Positions 51,366-61,429 of a stretch of 64,000 nucleotides of DNA are shown here, one piece after another. The DNA is from an uncultured cyanobacterium. GTDB taxonomy: Bacteria; Cyanobacteriota; Cyanobacteriia; Cyanobacteriales; Nostocaceae. A model generated the notes under the pieces. That model saw only the letters and a program-made list of their open reading frames with translations. It did not search any database and was not told the origin of the DNA. Numbering within the stretch: position 1 is the first letter of the stretch; each line of letters opens with the position of its first letter. The position numbers and the translations under genes are program-made. The stretch lies in the NCBI GenBank assembly GCA_963740315.1, contig CAVUDP010000004.1:192001-256000 (forward strand), read 5' to 3'.

Positions 51366-52958
51366 TTAATATAAAATGGCTTGATTAGTTACTAACCAGG
51401 TTTCGATAAAGCTTTCTATTTTTTCAACAGCAGAACTAAATTGTTGTAAGTGAATTTCTAGTTTATTTTCAACTTCTGCTGAAAATGGTTGCTGAATTTC
51501 AATAATGCTGTTTTTTGCTTGAGTATAAGCATCAGCTAAAGAATCTTTGATGTCAATATCTTTAACTCTTTGCTGGTTATATTCATTCAATTTCTCTAAA
51601 TAAGCGATTAAAACGAATTTATCCGATTCATTTATTTTATGTTGCGCTGTTTTCGCTAATATCTGACGGAAAAAGTTTTTGCTATGAATGCTCAAATATC
51701 CTTTAACATCATTGAGTTTATCTTTACAAAGTTTGTCAACTTCTCGCGTACCAAGATTTTTCCCTAAGATATCGCCATAGCGCTTAATAAATGCTTTTAA
51801 GATAGTTTTAATACTCCTTTGAAAATGACGAGCAACCTGATATTGTTTTTCTAAATTAAGAATTTCTAAAAAGTCATTCTGATTGATTTCTAAACCCAAC
51901 CAAAGTAGTAATGATTGTTGAGCGGTTTTTTCTAATGCTCGAAATTCTTCTAAAATAATATTTCTTACTTCTTTTGATTCTTGTTGATTTTCCTCCGCAA
52001 TCAGTTCGTTTGTGGATTCTGATGCTATTTCATTAATATAGTTGTGTTCTTCAATGGATACCAACCGTTTGCTTTGTAGATTTCGTACCGCTTCCACGCA
52101 GGTTGCTAACATTTGTTTGATAGTTTGGCTATTGCTATTAGTTTCCTGAATTTCCAAACGTCGAATTTGCTTGTTATATCGGATTGCGATTCGATCGAGT
52201 TGTTCGTCAGTTAAAGCGGTTGTGGGTGGTTTGCGATGATGACTTCCATCGCTACTAGTTGGTGGATAAAGTTCTAAAAAGAACTCATTAAAAGCTTGCC
52301 AAACGAGACAATATTTGATAAGACTATTTTTGGAAATCCCTAAATTAGTTAAAGCTTGCTCTAATTTACTTTTAGTTGTATTTCGCAGTAAACCATTATC
52401 AGAAAACTTTAAAGACTTTGTTTTTAATTCTCCAACAATTTTATTTTTGATAGTTCTATTTAGAGCTACGCTAGCATAGCTTTGTAGAGGTGTTTGAGAT
52501 TCAATTGAATATCCTCTTAACAAAGTAGCTGGAGCTAAAGCAATTTCAATACCCATGATAAAGCAGTCTTCTAGAGCATAGTATGAACCGGAATGGGAAG
52601 TTTGTTTTAACTTTTGGCTAACGTCTCTAGCTGCATAAAAACAAATTAACTGTAAATAGTTAAACAAGCATAATTTCGCGAGTTTATAACAAAATGTATA
52701 GCTGAAAGTTACGGATATTTTTGCTTGATTCCTCCACAATAAATGATAAATGCTCTTAAATTCTAGTAAGAATTGTAGAAAATATCTGGCTAATTCATCT
52801 TCGCTAGCTATTAAGCTATCTTCAATTAAATTTTCTAAAAAAGGTTGTAATCCTCGGTGAGTTTCCTGTTGAGCAAGTGCGCTTGCCGTACCTCTCGAAC
52901 TATCTTTTAAGGATATACCTGTTAAAAATCTATTAAATGTTTGTTGATATTTAGACAT
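51366..52958 (-). CDS. Atypical sigma-70-family factor of the DUF1822-associated cyanobacterial type
   Basis: YLQLICFYAA, LEDCF, LRGY...LQSYA (region 2-like), SDNGLLR, and LLLWLGLEINQ...KQYQVAR (region 4 HTH-like). Confidence 0.68.
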   Translation of the reverse strand: MSKYQQTFNRFLTGISLKDSSRGTASALAQQETHRGLQPFLENLIEDSLIASEDELARYFLQFLLEFKSIYHLLWRNQAKISVTFSYTFCYKLAKLCLFNYLQLICFYAARDVSQKLKQTSHSGSYYALEDCFIMGIEIALAPATLLRGYSIESQTPLQSYASVALNRTIKNKIVGELKTKSLKFSDNGLLRNTTKSKLEQALTNLGISKNSLIKYCLVWQAFNEFFLELYPPTSSDGSHHRKPPTTALTDEQLDRIAIRYNKQIRRLEIQETNSNSQTIKQMLATCVEAVRNLQSKRLVSIEEHNYINEIASESTNELIAEENQQESKEVRNIILEEFRALEKTAQQSLLLWLGLEINQNDFLEILNLEKQYQVARHFQRSIKTILKAFIKRYGDILGKNLGTREVDKLCKDKLNDVKGYLSIHSKNFFRQILAKTAQHKINESDKFVLIAYLEKLNEYNQQRVKDIDIKDSLADAYTQAKNSIIEIQQPFSAEVENKLEIHLQQFSSAVEKIESFIETWLVTNQAILY

Positions 52959-53047
52959 TTTTCTAGTTTCTCATTATCTATTTTTTTAGATGAATCGCTT
53001 CGCTACACCCCAAGTTTTAAGAAATAAAAACAAGTCTACTTTTATTT

Positions 53048-53076
53048 ATTGGTGCTAATGTATGGCGATATGCAGG
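53048..53076 (-). promoter_or_regulatory. Motif CCTGCATA-N15-ACCAAT upstream of the sigma-like gene
   Basis: Reverse complement reads CCTGCATAtcgccatacattagcACCAAT, about 90 nt before the ATG. Confidence 0.6.
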
Positions 53077-53299
53077 TTTGCGCTTAATTTATATCTAAAT
53101 TTACTGTATCAAGAAAAATACTGCCTAAATTTAAAAAAAACGTAAAAATATCTTCTCTTTATATAGTGCTTTATTGAAAGGACAGTCAAGCAGATATATG
53201 TTTTAGATATTTGGAGAAGTTGCTCCCGACCGTCTCTACATTTTGAATGAATCATTCATCGGTTATTTTCTCAAAAAATTCTCTAAAAAATATTCTACC

Positions 53300-53329
53300 C
53301 CTGCATACAGCTTTTACAACTAGACCAAT
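53300..53329 (+). promoter_or_regulatory. Motif CCTGCATA-N16-ACCAAT upstream of the RTX gene
   Basis: CCTGCATAcagcttttacaactagACCAAT. Confidence 0.65.
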
Positions 53330-53377
53330 TGCTTAATAGACAAAACAAATTCAACTTTCAAACTCGGAGGAACGATT

Positions 53378-54538
53378 ATGTCTTACTTCAAAACTATCCA
53401 CGGAACTCACGGTAACGATAACTTAGACTACAAAGGATACCAGCATAAATATGCTATCTACGGTCGAGGTGGTAATGACACGCTATATGGTGGTCATAAG
53501 GATGATAAGTTATTTGGAGAATATGGAAACGACTTCTTATATGGTGAAGGTGGTAACGACAAGCTAGATGGTGGTTATGGTCATGACTATCTATATGGTG
53601 GTCATGGAAATGACAAACTTTACGGTGGTGAGGGAAATGATTATCTTGTAGGTAATAGTGGAGAAGATTATTACGACGGTGGCAATGGTAATGATATGGT
53701 TTCTTATTACCACCATACCGAAGACATTCATGTAGATTTAGAAAAAGGAGTCGCCAGTTTTTCTGATTCACACTACGAAGAAACTCTGAAAAATATTGAA
53801 AACTTAACAGGGGGTTCCGGAAACGACAAGCTTAAAGGAGATCGCGGTAAAAATACTTTACATGGTTCTGATGGTAACGATAAACTTTACGGTCGGGGTG
53901 GTGATGACTATCTATATGGTGGTTATGGGGATGACAAACTCGAAGGTGATGAAGGTGATGACTATCTATTTGGTGGTTATGGGAATGATGTAGTTGATGG
54001 TGATAAAGGTGACGACCATGTATATGGCGATCGTGGGAATGATAAGCTTGAAGGTGATAAAGGCAATGACTATTTAAATGGTGGTTGGGGACACGATACT
54101 CTCTACGGCGAACACGGTCACGATAATATTCTTGGTGATTTAGGAAACGATAAGCTGGTTGGTGGTGATGGTAACGATACTTTAGATGGTTATGGGGCTT
54201 CTTATTATGTTGCTTTCGGAGAAAACACTCCAAGAAGTAATGAATCCGATATTCTGACTGGTGGTCATGGGGCTGATGTTTTTGTTCTAGGGTCGAAAGA
54301 TTTTACCCAAGATAGCAAATACTATTTAGGTCACGGTCATGCGACTATCACTGATTTTGATAGACATGAAGGTGATACAATTCAAGTCCTTGGTAGCAGT
54401 AGCGATTACCATCTAAGTTTTGATAATTTCTCCGGTGGTCACTCGTTAGATACTTTAATTAAAAGTAACGGAGATTTGATTGCTGTTGTTGAAGACACTA
54501 CTCATGTTAACCTTCACCAAGACTTTACTTTTGTCTAA
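53378..54538 (+). CDS. RTX (hemolysin-type) calcium-binding protein, His/Tyr-rich
   Basis: More than 20 GGxGxDxLx nonapeptides; GGAGG RBS; no Sec signal. Confidence 0.92.
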   Translation: MSYFKTIHGTHGNDNLDYKGYQHKYAIYGRGGNDTLYGGHKDDKLFGEYGNDFLYGEGGNDKLDGGYGHDYLYGGHGNDKLYGGEGNDYLVGNSGEDYYDGGNGNDMVSYYHHTEDIHVDLEKGVASFSDSHYEETLKNIENLTGGSGNDKLKGDRGKNTLHGSDGNDKLYGRGGDDYLYGGYGDDKLEGDEGDDYLFGGYGNDVVDGDKGDDHVYGDRGNDKLEGDKGNDYLNGGWGHDTLYGEHGHDNILGDLGNDKLVGGDGNDTLDGYGASYYVAFGENTPRSNESDILTGGHGADVFVLGSKDFTQDSKYYLGHGHATITDFDRHEGDTIQVLGSSSDYHLSFDNFSGGHSLDTLIKSNGDLIAVVEDTTHVNLHQDFTFV

Positions 54539-54787
54539 GCCAATCAAACAATTCCCTTCATTAATTGATTATTTTGGTTTAGTTAAATAAGACAACAAAT
54601 TTCGTTATCAAGGTTTATTTCTTGATAACGATTTGCTTGATTTAATAAATATTAAACCATGTAAATATCTGTATTGTTTTTTATACTTTTACAAAAAGTT
54701 TATTTCTAACTAATTAAATTACTATCAGATAATGATAAAATTTCACAAAACATGGATCGGTAAATTTACTAGATTTAAATTTAGCTC

Positions 54788-55528
54788 ATGAATACTTTAA
54801 AAAATAAATTCAAACTATTTCTGGCGATAACTTTAGGATTTACTAGCTTAACAATTTATCCCAATTTAGTAACAGCACAAAGCAACAATCAACAAGACGA
54901 ATTACCAGCAGCACCGGATACTGGTACTCCCACAGGAACTTCAACTCCGGGAGGTTCTCGTCCCCAAACTAATTGTCCCGAAACGAATTTACCTTTGAGG
55001 GCTTTGGTAGCTAATAACGGTAAAGATTTCACCGTTTCCGAATTTCCGAATTTATTATTTAACGTTCCTTATACTGCTAATAAAACTAGTAATATTGAAT
55101 TTGCGTTAAAAGATCCACAAGAACTGAAAACAGTTTACCGGACAGCTATTAAGTTAACTGGGCAACCAGGAATCGTTAAAATATCAATTCCTCAACAGTC
55201 AAAATATGCATTAAAAGCAAATAAAGATTATCGTTGGAATTTGATTTTATATTGTGTTGGTAATAAAACTGATGAGCCAGACCAAATTTTAACTGGATGG
55301 ATCAGACGGGTTCCGATAACAACTCAATTAAAGAACCAAGAATACCAAAGTTATATTCAAAACAATATTTGGTACGACGGTATTAGTTTATTAGCTGAAA
55401 ACTATTTTGCTAATCCAAATAATAGGGAATTAAAAGCCGCTTGGAATAATTTATCAAAATCCCTTGCTTGGGATAGTTTAGATAAGAATGGCTTTGCTGA
55501 AATTGTATTGGTAGAACCAGGGGAATAA
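54788..55528 (+). CDS. DUF928-family exported protein
   Basis: Signal peptide; PDTGTP...GGSR..C; YRW; GWIRRV; IWYD. Confidence 0.85.
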   Translation: MNTLKNKFKLFLAITLGFTSLTIYPNLVTAQSNNQQDELPAAPDTGTPTGTSTPGGSRPQTNCPETNLPLRALVANNGKDFTVSEFPNLLFNVPYTANKTSNIEFALKDPQELKTVYRTAIKLTGQPGIVKISIPQQSKYALKANKDYRWNLILYCVGNKTDEPDQILTGWIRRVPITTQLKNQEYQSYIQNNIWYDGISLLAENYFANPNNRELKAAWNNLSKSLAWDSLDKNGFAEIVLVEPGE

Positions 55529-55682
55529 AGTTCGTAGTAAGCGATTTATCGCTCAAATTAAGGAAAGGACGCGCATTCCTTACTACAAACCACTCTTGAT
55601 AAACTCGATTTTCAACAATCGGGTTTTTTCATTTGTATAAAAACTCATCAAATTGAAAAACCAGCAATAAAAAAATTATAAA

Positions 55683-55712
55683 CCTGCATACCACTTATAC
55701 AGTTAGACCAAT
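55683..55712 (+). promoter_or_regulatory. Motif CCTGCATA-N16-ACCAAT upstream of the small secreted protein
   Basis: CCTGCATAccacttatacagttagACCAAT. Confidence 0.65.
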
Positions 55713-55800
55713 TAATAAATAGAAAGCGAGGTTAATTGATTCACAATCATTGCTCGCACTCTAATTGTAAGGAAACTCAACATAAATTAGGTCTAACATC

Positions 55801-56151
55801 ATGATTACTAAGAAAATTTCTTTAGCTTTATCAACTTTTGGTGCAATTGTTTGCTTAACCATTCCGACGGAAGCAATGGCTGAAAGCTACAGTCAACTTT
55901 CTCAGCCTACAAATCAAGTAGAAGAATTAGCTAAAGGTTTTAAAAAACGAAGAACTGCTAAAGGAAGAACAAGTGTTGGAAGAACAAGTACTACAATAAG
56001 AAGAACTACTAGAACAATAAATACTCAAGGAACAACAACTTCATCAACAACAAGTGGCTCAACAACTACAAGAACTTCAACAAGAGCAACTTCAACAAAA
56101 AAAAGAACTTCAATAAAATTACCTTCAATAAGAATACGTTTTAACAAATGA
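55801..56151 (+). CDS. Small secreted basic Thr/Ser/Arg-rich protein
   Basis: Sec signal ending AMA; low-complexity cationic mature region. Confidence 0.72.
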   Translation: MITKKISLALSTFGAIVCLTIPTEAMAESYSQLSQPTNQVEELAKGFKKRRTAKGRTSVGRTSTTIRRTTRTINTQGTTTSSTTSGSTTTRTSTRATSTKKRTSIKLPSIRIRFNK

Positions 56152-56174
56152 AGAAAACCAGTTAAAAGGAATAG

Positions 56175-56308
56175 CTAAGTAAGTCGGTGTAGAAAATCGT
56201 AATGCCGGACAAGGGAGTAGCGAGTAGCAAGTAGCGAGTAGTAATAAGGGTTTAAGGATAATTTACATTTTGTTACATAGCTTGGTTTATTTGTGCCGAC
56301 TTACTTAG
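56175..56308. mobile_element. MITE with CTAAGTAAGTCGG TIRs
   Basis: 13-bp perfect TIRs flanked on both sides by TAG. Confidence 0.8.
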
Positions 56309-56470
56309 TAGGACTGATTATAAATAGATATTGTAGAATATCGATAAGAAGAATGTTGGGTTACGGTTCAAATATAAATTATTCGCTTTCTTACTATCTT
56401 GAAAGTGAACCTAACCCAACCTACAAGCTAACTCTTAACTCTTAACTCTTAACTCTTAACTCCTAACTCC

Positions 56471-59377
56471 TTACAACCAATTGCCAACTAAAATATAAGC
56501 TCCCCAATCATAAGGTTCGTTACGATATTTTCCTGCAAATACTAATGCTTTCTGCGCTCGATGTAAGGCTTCAGCTTTACTAATTCCTGCTTTTAATTCT
56601 TGATAAAATCTCTCGATCAATTTAATCGTAAATTCGTCATTTACTTTCCATAAAGTTGCTAAGGTACTATCGGCACCCGCTCTTACTGCTAAACCAGCTA
56701 ATCCTAATGTGGCTCTATTGTCACCGTTAGCCGTTTGACAAGCGCTTAATACTAGTAATTCGATGCGATTTGATGTTTGTCGATTTTCACCACCTAATAA
56801 TCTATTTATATCATTCGGTCGTAATAGTTCGTTGTAAGCAAGGATATAGGTTTGTTCTGGATCGGAACTAAAGTTACCGTGGGTTGCTAGATGAAGTACG
56901 GAAAAGTCTTCATTTTGTAATTTTTCTTGCAATGCTTTTTGATTGAATTCTTGATTTAACAAACTTTGAGTAGATGCTAATTCGGAAATTTGGGTTAATT
57001 CATCTTTAGCGTTGATTGCTTCAAATTTAAGATTTTCTACTTCTAATGCTTCGCTGATTCCTCCTGCTAAAATTTTAAGTTTTTCTGAACTCGGACGTAA
57101 ATTAAACAGTTGGGAAGTCGGTAAAACGCTTAAAGCATATTTTTTCTCTACTAAATATTCCTTATTTTTTTGGTCGTATAAAACAGCCATTGGAATATTA
57201 CGCAATTCGGTATCGAGGACAAATACTAAATTTTCTACTAATTGATTTTTTGCTAATTCTGTTTCAAGGGGTTTTATCAACCATTGATATACAGTTTGAG
57301 AATGTTTGTTTGCTGTTTCCGTATCGCGTTTGACTATGGCTTTGCGTAATTTATCGGCAGTATTTTCAACTTGATTTCTAGTTACGAAATTACTGTAAGA
57401 TTTGAATTGCTCTCCCGGTAACTTGTAAACAACTTCTAATCTATCTTCTAAAATAATTGGATAGATAAATGCTGCGTTTTGTCCAACTTGAGTATTTTGT
57501 TGATTATCTTTAGCTAAATAACCAAGATTGCAGCGCAAAAAGTTTTCTAATTCGGCTAGTTGCAGCGAATCAATTAAGTTAATCGCCGATGTTAAATTAT
57601 TTTGAGGTAGTGAAACATTTTCTGTGTTTGTCAAAAGTAAATTAACTAACTGTCGATAAACTGGTTCGACGTTATCGCGGAAGGAAAACTGGACATCTGA
57701 ATTGATGCTGAGTAAATCATCGCGGACTAATTCAAGAGTATTAACAGCAGCTTGATAATTATTAACAGCTTTTTGTCGATCTCCTTGAATATTTGCTAAT
57801 CTTCCTAATTGCCATTGCCACTGATAAGCTATACTTGGAGCTTCCGCAGGTTGAGCGAGTAATAAAGCTTCTGAAGTTAACTTTTGAGCAGTTTTAATAT
57901 TTTTGTTTTGCGAATTAATTTGATTTTGGATTGCTAAATATTCATACAAACTACCGCGATTGCCAATTGCATAAGACTTTGCTCTTTTATCTCCTAAACT
58001 ATCGGCAATATCTACAGCATTTTCTAAAATACTATCAATTTCTTGCCATGATGGAAATTGATTTGCTGGCAATCGCCCATTTAAACAAGCCAATTCGCGA
58101 GCTAAGTTAATTTGAGCGTAAACCTTTGTACGACTCGGAGGTAAATTCGATAGGTTAATATTTTTAGATGCTTGCAGTGCAGTTGTGAATTTACCCGTAT
58201 CTGTCAGCAGACTCAAACGGTTGAGTTGGGCTTTTGTGGAAAATTCTTCCTCACCGATTCCCTTTTGCAAATTAATCACTTGTTGATAAGCTTTGTCAGC
58301 TTTTTCGTAAAAAGGTTGTGCTTCTTTAGGTGTCGTATTTATAGTACACTGCCAAGGAGTAACCCGGTTTTCTGAAATTTTTTGATTGCGTTCAACTTCT
58401 AAATTTCCCCTTGCGTAAAATGTATTCCCCAAACTCAGCCAGGTTTTAGCAGCAATCTTGGGTGTATCTTTGCCTGTAGCTAAAGCTTGTTCTAAAGCTG
58501 TTTGAGAACCTTTCAAATCCCCGGTAGCGCGTAAAATATCTCCCAAACTCAGCAAAGCTTGTACTTTCAAAGCTGCTGGTAATGTTTCAACATTTTGCTC
58601 TACCTGCTGTGCGATCGCGCTTGCTTGTTGATACAATCCCAAAGATTGCAATGCTTGTACTTGATTAATTTTATTTTGAATTAATCCAGAATTATCGTTC
58701 AATTGTTGATAAATCTTACCAGCTAGTTGCCAATAGTTCAAAGCACCTTCCGAATGAGAGCGATTAAACAAAAGTTTGCCGTAGATATCTAAAGATGGCG
58801 CTAATATTTTTAACTTTTGAGCATAAAATCCGGTAATTCGCGGCTTTTGACTGTCAAAACCAATAATTTCTAAACTCTGATTAATACTTCTTTCTGCTTC
58901 CTGCCATTCTCCAAGCTGCTGATAAGCTAGAGAAATATTGCTCAAAATTACAGCTTGATTAAGTGTATCCCCCGAAGCCGCAAAACTCTTAACCGCTTGC
59001 TGCAACCGCTCAACAGCTAGTTTGTACTGACCTTTTTCATAATAGTTTTTTCCCTGCAATACTACTTGAACAACACATGGCTGAGTTTGAGAAAATACCG
59101 GAGATATGTTAACCGCAAACAACAAACCAATTAAAAATAAAACTATCCCTCTACTTACCTCCTTTCTCTGCGCTCTCTGCACGCCACTTGCTACAACGGA
59201 GGCAACCTCCGCAACGCAGTGGCTTGTCTCTGCGGTTATTTTATTCCTAATCTTTTCAAAAACGAGTAATATATCTTTTTTAAACGCAGAGGTACGCAAA
59301 GGTAAGCGCAAAGGAGCGCGAAGTTTTTTCAAAAAGCGTTCCACTGTAAGGAGAAAAGCAGACCATTTTCTTGCCAT
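56471..59377 (-). CDS. TPR-CHAT caspase-like protease with an N-terminal hydrophobic segment
   Basis: TPR repeats; FSFRDNVEPVY, LQLAELENF, HLATHG, LSACQTA, ATLW, WGAYILVGNWL. Confidence 0.92.
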   Translation of the reverse strand: MARKWSAFLLTVERFLKKLRAPLRLPLRTSAFKKDILLVFEKIRNKITAETSHCVAEVASVVASGVQRAQRKEVSRGIVLFLIGLLFAVNISPVFSQTQPCVVQVVLQGKNYYEKGQYKLAVERLQQAVKSFAASGDTLNQAVILSNISLAYQQLGEWQEAERSINQSLEIIGFDSQKPRITGFYAQKLKILAPSLDIYGKLLFNRSHSEGALNYWQLAGKIYQQLNDNSGLIQNKINQVQALQSLGLYQQASAIAQQVEQNVETLPAALKVQALLSLGDILRATGDLKGSQTALEQALATGKDTPKIAAKTWLSLGNTFYARGNLEVERNQKISENRVTPWQCTINTTPKEAQPFYEKADKAYQQVINLQKGIGEEEFSTKAQLNRLSLLTDTGKFTTALQASKNINLSNLPPSRTKVYAQINLARELACLNGRLPANQFPSWQEIDSILENAVDIADSLGDKRAKSYAIGNRGSLYEYLAIQNQINSQNKNIKTAQKLTSEALLLAQPAEAPSIAYQWQWQLGRLANIQGDRQKAVNNYQAAVNTLELVRDDLLSINSDVQFSFRDNVEPVYRQLVNLLLTNTENVSLPQNNLTSAINLIDSLQLAELENFLRCNLGYLAKDNQQNTQVGQNAAFIYPIILEDRLEVVYKLPGEQFKSYSNFVTRNQVENTADKLRKAIVKRDTETANKHSQTVYQWLIKPLETELAKNQLVENLVFVLDTELRNIPMAVLYDQKNKEYLVEKKYALSVLPTSQLFNLRPSSEKLKILAGGISEALEVENLKFEAINAKDELTQISELASTQSLLNQEFNQKALQEKLQNEDFSVLHLATHGNFSSDPEQTYILAYNELLRPNDINRLLGGENRQTSNRIELLVLSACQTANGDNRATLGLAGLAVRAGADSTLATLWKVNDEFTIKLIERFYQELKAGISKAEALHRAQKALVFAGKYRNEPYDWGAYILVGNWL

Positions 59378-61125
59378 GTTCTGTCCCTCGAATCTACGTT
59401 AGTTAAAGGAATACCCCAGTCTAAACGGGCGATAAAATCGTTGTTGTTGCGCCATTGCAACCCCATTCCCAAAGATACTAAAGTGCTAGTATCGGCATTT
59501 TCGATACCGGAATTATTCCAAGCGGTACCAATATCGAAGAAAGGAATTATCTGTAAAATCCCTGTCGGTGCGGACTTATTACCAGTGCGAAGAATCGGTA
59601 ACTGTACCTCAGCAGAAGCAAAAACACCGTTGTCTGCAAGCAGTTGATTCTGACGATAACCTCGCACGCTTCCCAATCCACCCAAGGTAAACTGTTCCGA
59701 TGACAGAAGTCCTTTATCTGATAATTGAGCATTAGCACGCACTAATAATAGAGTCTCCGGTGCTAAAACTCGTATCCACTGCGCTTGTGCTTCCCATGCA
59801 AAAAAGCGACTATCGGGAACGAATTCCCCGGTTTCGGGAATTGGTTTATTAATAGTTGAGTCAAAAGCATCTAAACCAGCACTAAATTGAGAACGAAATG
59901 CAATTACTTCCTTTGCATTCTGCTGAGTCCAATCTTGGAAAAACCGCAGCGCAAAAACGCGAGTCTTTCCTTGATTATCAGCACCCGGAGAAAGGGGAAA
60001 AGGTTCGTCTAACAGAGAAGTTTCGCTATCCCGTAAAGAAGTGTTTACACCAACAGCGAATTCTCGGAAAGTTCGGTTTTTGATGCGACGACTCAAAGGT
60101 TGACGGAAGGAAATTTCGTAAAAACGAGATGCTGACTCAATATCAGAACCCTCACCATCTTGGTTTATGTCATCAAAGGGTGGTTCGATGACATTGCTAT
60201 CGGTGGTATTGAAACTAAAACGCAAAGTTCCATCTTGAGAATTCAGCGGTAAAGTATAGCTCGCATCCAAACTGTTACTACCGTCAGTGTTGCTGTAACC
60301 CAGACTCAAAGCATCACCCAATCCCGTAACATTACCTTCGCGAGCAAAAATCTGTCTTTGGAAACTTCCCACACTTGGCGATCGCCCGTTATCTAAACTA
60401 ACGGTAGTATTGAAAGATTTCGCTTCTTTAAATTCTACATTTAAAACACTCAAACCCGGACGGGAACCAGCGCTGAGTTGTGCGGATACCTGTTTAATTA
60501 AAGGATTAAGGCTGAGTAACTGTAATTTTTCTTGTAAGCGATTGACATTTAGAGCTTTATTTGTATTAACTCCCAAACGAGATTTAACATAGCTAGGGTT
60601 AAGTCGTCGGGAACCTCTAACGTTAATTTCTTCTAACTTACCTTCAATAACTTTAATATTGACAATTCCCCTCTGTTGGTTGCGGGTAGCTTCCGGAATC
60701 GAAATGATTGCTCCGGAAGTACTATAACCTTTTTCTGCATAATAAGCCGCTACTTCAGATGCAATTTGCAGTAATTCTTGTAATGAAAAGGCTTTATTTT
60801 CCAGAAATTTACTTAAGACTTGCTGAGTTAATTCTTCAGATGAAAAAACAGTATTTCCTGTAAATTCAAATTCAGTAACGGTAATAGTTTCTGTTACGGG
60901 AAGTTTATCTGATGGAGTTGGAATTGCTGGAGTTGGTAAAACATCTTCCGGTGGTGGAGGTGGTGATGGATTGGGGTTGGGAATTGGTGTAGGTTGAGGA
61001 GTTGGGGGAATTACATCTTGGGGTGGTGGTGTATTGGTGGTTTGCGCTTTTAAAGCACTACAAGTTAAAGCAATTATTAAAAAAGTTTTTATACAAATTA
61101 TTATGTTTTGTAACAGTTGATTCAT
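59329..61125 (-). CDS. ShlB/FhaC/HecB two-partner secretion outer-membrane transporter (TpsB)
   Basis: Signal peptide, POTRA domains, SVRGY, ARLDWGIPL, terminal Phe. Confidence 0.93.
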   Translation of the reverse strand: MNQLLQNIIICIKTFLIIALTCSALKAQTTNTPPPQDVIPPTPQPTPIPNPNPSPPPPPEDVLPTPAIPTPSDKLPVTETITVTEFEFTGNTVFSSEELTQQVLSKFLENKAFSLQELLQIASEVAAYYAEKGYSTSGAIISIPEATRNQQRGIVNIKVIEGKLEEINVRGSRRLNPSYVKSRLGVNTNKALNVNRLQEKLQLLSLNPLIKQVSAQLSAGSRPGLSVLNVEFKEAKSFNTTVSLDNGRSPSVGSFQRQIFAREGNVTGLGDALSLGYSNTDGSNSLDASYTLPLNSQDGTLRFSFNTTDSNVIEPPFDDINQDGEGSDIESASRFYEISFRQPLSRRIKNRTFREFAVGVNTSLRDSETSLLDEPFPLSPGADNQGKTRVFALRFFQDWTQQNAKEVIAFRSQFSAGLDAFDSTINKPIPETGEFVPDSRFFAWEAQAQWIRVLAPETLLLVRANAQLSDKGLLSSEQFTLGGLGSVRGYRQNQLLADNGVFASAEVQLPILRTGNKSAPTGILQIIPFFDIGTAWNNSGIENADTSTLVSLGMGLQWRNNNDFIARLDWGIPLTNVDSRDRTWQENGLLFSLQWNAF

Positions 61126-61429
61126 TTTTTAAACGCAAAGGGGCGCAAAGGTTAAACGCAGAGGTTCGCGGAGTTGAGGAAATTAGAGATTTTTTCAAAA
61201 TTATTTTATTACAACTTAATTTAATCAATAACACTGAGGTTGTCTAGTAACTTTAACGAAAATAAATATTGTTTTATTTTTTATTAATGTGTAGAAACAA
61301 TTCTTACTATTACTCGACCAACTCAAATATGCTGGGTGAAGTGGGGAAGTAGAGAAAAAAGTTTTTCTTATCTAGTTGACTTGGTGGACTACTAGAATAA
61401 TTAGAAGACACTATATAAAAAACATTCCT

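Noticed and set aside
53454..54233. His-rich minus-strand ORFs
   Set aside because: Antisense shadows of the RTX repeats.
47544..59377. Type III-E CRISPR (Craspase) locus
   Set aside because: No Cas7-11, Csx30/31 or array; only a mechanistic analogy.
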